DNA of 10,699 nt. Origin: Paraphysomonas bandaiensis. Lineage: Eukaryota > Protista > Chrysophyceae. Below are positions 7,957 through 10,699 of the stretch, one piece after another (position 1 is the first letter of the stretch; each line of letters begins with the position of its first letter). The stretch covers positions 1-10,699 of the forward strand of contig CBFFRP010000345.1 in assembly GCA_965644295.1 (NCBI GenBank). Reading direction: 5' to 3'. Made by a program: the position numbers and the translations under genes. The notes beneath the pieces were generated by a model, which was not told the DNA's origin, ran no database searches, and was given only the letters and a program-made list of their open reading frames with translations.

Positions 7957-8410
7957 CTTCCACCTTAGTTGCTGTTACACTCTTTAGTTTATATACCCAC
8001 ACAGTGATTATATATATATTGCCTAATGTGGGGTTCGCTAGTAAATCAAGCGCTCCGCTCACAACGGTTCTATATTTATGCACACCAGCAGATTTTCCAC
8101 CTTAGAGTTGCGCAGTTCCCTTGGCTTCAGAGACTAACAAAGATCGACAAGGAGGGAATTAAAAATTCGCTCACAGGTCTCAATGAAATAACTCAAATCC
8201 AGTCCCAAGTCCCCCGGAAGAAACTGACAAATCCACAGACCTGCGTAAGAATCCACCAAGACACCAAGACACCACTCAACACACTGACACAAGACACCCC
8301 TGCACAACGCACACAGACAAGCAAGGCACACAGACAGGTCTATCTAAATGATGTGTATCAAGAATTAATCACAAGAATTCTTGTGCGAGCAAATAAGTAA
8401 ATATTTACTA

Positions 8411-8763
8411 TGACGTAACCCGGTTTGATAACCAGAATCACGGCTCGCAGTACAGGTATACCACACAAACACGCAAGTGTAAGAACAATGTATTATTAAT
8501 GCTGTGACTGCTCTAAGCAATAACCTAATGCCCAGTTAATGATTTCCGCCAGAAATCACCACGCAGGTAACACCGCCAGTGCAACAAGATCGTTGGCACC
8601 AAGCACTTCGGTTAAGCCTAAACAAGTGCATAACACCATAGCATACATGTTACACCCACTCCTACTCCTCAACAACATCACAACACCCTGCAACGTCATC
8701 ACCACCCACAGAAACGTGTTTATTCTATAAACTGAATACACACAGCAACCTAGGAGCAACGTA
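8411..8763 (-). repeat. Copy 2 of the ~355-bp repeat (inverted relative to 2120-2474)
   Basis: tgacgtaacccggtttgataacc…cctaggagcaacgta. The core 8411-8761 is flanked by TA at 8409-8410 and TA at 8762-8763. Confidence 0.97.
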
Positions 8764-9290
8764 TAACCGCATACTAATAGTACACTACATCCTACGTTTT
8801 ATTTTCTACCTAAATTCCCTTACAAAAACAGTATACCGCCACTTTGGTGTATTTTAGCATTCAAGAACCCAAAATCCCTAATATCCAGGTTATACGTAAA
8901 TACAACCCTGCATACCAGGTATTGCATATCACAATTGATTCCCCACTGAGTCTGGTATGAACACTCGTGCACCTCGAGTATATAATATCCATTCTCCGTT
9001 GATGTGATATGTACTTGCCCCCCTATAGGGTAGTATGGGTAATGCCAGTACGTATTCCTATGGAAGTATACACTGCAACTGCTACACTGGAATACTGACC
9101 CACATAACTTTATTATAAATTTGTGGCAGGTTTCACATTGCGTGAAGTCACCATCAGCAGAACATAGTGTACATCATCATCAGCAGATAAAGTGGATATC
9201 ACACCTGAACGTTGATTCCGTGTGTAGGTACATCATAGCTCATTAACCCATCTTAATGAGTATAACATAGAATATGCATCCTAGACATGG

Positions 9291-9351
9291 TATAGGGTCC
9301 TCATGATATAATGTTCTTGATATAGGGTCCTAAACTAATATTATAGGGTCC
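9291..9351 (+). repeat. Three copies of TATAGGGTCCT
   Basis: Copies start at 9291, 9321 and 9342. A further TATAGGGT is at 9024. Confidence 0.85.
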
Positions 9352-9407
9352 TGTATGGGCAATGCATGTAGTTCTGGTACTATAGCCACGTAGATAGGGC
9401 ATAGGAA

Positions 9408-10366
9408 ATGCCACGTGGTCACAGGTACAAGGAGATCGAAGATCAATGCATCAGAAGATCTCGGGCCATAGGAGAGATGGCCAAGAACAGAACCCCACTG
9501 TACGGATTCATGATACAGCACCTGAGCAACGAATCCCACGACGCTATAAAACTATTAGACGAATATCAAGTGTTCAACGCAACGAAAGATCCACTATCGC
9601 TATGGCTTGCAATAAAAAAGACACACAAGGTAGCGACAAGCTCCAATGTGGGAGCAGTAATGAAAGCGGAGACTAGGCGAAAGTACCAAGAAGTTCGACA
9701 AGGAACTTTCGAGAGCATCGTAAGTTACAAGGAGAAATTTGATTATTTACTGGATGCATACAAAGAAATGGACAACGCCAAAATGTCCGACACCGATGTG
9801 GCGATGGACTTCTTTAACGGACTAGTTAGACGACACAAGATTTGGGGATTTCAAAACGAACTATCTCAATGACCTAACCATGGGAACTCAAATTGCACCC
9901 ACACACGTAAACGACATATACAACAAGGTTTCTAAATACCTGCCGGCCAGGAAGCAGACACGCGCGGCAGGAGGAGCGGCTTTCGTCACCAAAGCTGAAC
10001 GCAAAACCACCAGCAAAGGGAAACACAGCGCAAGTGACAGTGACGAAAATGGCGACAGGGACGACAAAGAATCCAAAAGGGCGGGGGCAGAAGAATCCAC
10101 GGCACAGAGAACAACGGAGGAAACCCCTGATATGTTGGGGGTGCGGCGAGCCAGGGCACCGACTCAATGAATGCCCTGACAACCAAGACGCAGATGAGAG
10201 AAACTGTGCGGTGACCCTAAAAAACGCATTATGCACAAACCAGACTTGCGGGTTTGCTCCCAACAAAATATATAATAAGGTGTGAGTAAACACTTATTAT
10301 TACTGTTAAATCACCCAACACGGTCAACGATATCCGCTAGATAACGCCGCGCAGTATTCCCTCTAA
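9408..10366 (+). pseudogene. gag: Degenerate Ty1/copia-type LTR-retrotransposon gag (plus possible protease remnant)
   Basis: KDPLSLWLAIKKTH…VRQGTFESIVSYKEKF…DFFNGL, then after a 4-nt frameshift DDTRFGDFKTNYLND…APTHVNDIY. After a second frameshift comes the CCHC knuckle CWGCGEPGHRLNEC (10133-10174), then LDNAAQYSL at 10337 in the same frame after two stops. Confidence 0.85.
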
Positions 10367-10542
10367 GAATAAAGATCGCTGTTAAGACAGTGTCAAGTAA
10401 CTTAAAACAATGACATGCAAGGAATAACATATAGAATGGAACGCATCTACAGAATGAACCAAGTTCATTTTATATCACACACACCACACCGCATGCATTC
10501 TTGCATACACCGTGTATACCACACGTATTATGACAATAAAAC

Positions 10543-10640
10543 AAAACTGAATAACAGCGTATGAAACTGAATAACTGCGCATAAAACTGAAACTACGCAT
10601 AAAACTGAAATAAAACCATAGTGATAAAACTGAAAAACAG
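10543..10640 (+). repeat. Minisatellite, ~20-bp unit with RAAACTGAA core
   Basis: Cores start at 10543, 10563, 10583, 10601 and 10626. Confidence 0.85.
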
Positions 10641-10699
10641 CTAACTAAAATGAGTAACGTGATACCGTATTCGCTGATAGTCTACTGCTCTTTATCATA

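Larger units (their letters stand above)
2122..8761. mobile_element. Possible 6.64-kb TIR DNA transposon (alternative reading of the inverted repeats)
   Basis: The inverted ~353-bp repeats bracket the transposase and are flanked by TA on both outer sides (2120-2121, 8762-8763). Against this, there is no perfect 4-bp TSD (TTTA vs TATA) and the left repeat appears to interrupt a gene. Confidence 0.35.

Noticed and set aside
8026-8400. 124-aa ORF
   Set aside because: Runs through CA-rich short repeats (CAAGACACC, GCACACAGACA) upstream of the opposite-strand gene; no motifs.
8411-8763. Repeat as the 5' LTR of the downstream copia element (starts with TG)
   Set aside because: Homology does not end in CA, there is no recognisable PBS or 5-bp TSD, and the second copy is inverted.
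2120-8763. DIRS-type retroelement with non-identical inverted terminal repeats
   Set aside because: No RT, RNase H or tyrosine recombinase, and no internal complementary region found.

Overview
This is AT-rich eukaryotic DNA, judged from short GT-AG introns with GTACGT donors and an interstitial (TTAGGG)4 tract; a protist such as a stramenopile is only a guess. It consists largely of nested or degenerate mobile DNA. The centre is a spliced DDD-type transposase gene (Sola1/DUF7869-like, ~3774-6494, +) with a C-terminal Tudor/SH3-like domain, preceded by three covarying hairpin repeats. Divergent from it is a probably broken minus-strand gene (2920 to 1314). Convergent with it is a 349-aa coiled-coil ORF, and a frameshifted Ty1/copia gag remnant lies at ~9408-10366. 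The most unusual feature is a ~355-bp sequence present twice in inverted orientation (2120-2474 and 8411-8763). The copies could be long TIRs of a 6.6-kb transposon, but three things suggest an independent ORF-less element carrying a structured RNA. First, differences between the copies include compensatory base-pair changes. Second, an invariant UGGCG loop is complementary to the terminal CGUCA, the pseudoknot-at-the-end layout of TnpB/Fanzor omega-RNAs. Third, removing the left copy rejoins a reading frame. No TnpB/Fanzor nuclease is encoded in the window, so the omega-RNA reading is a hypothesis.
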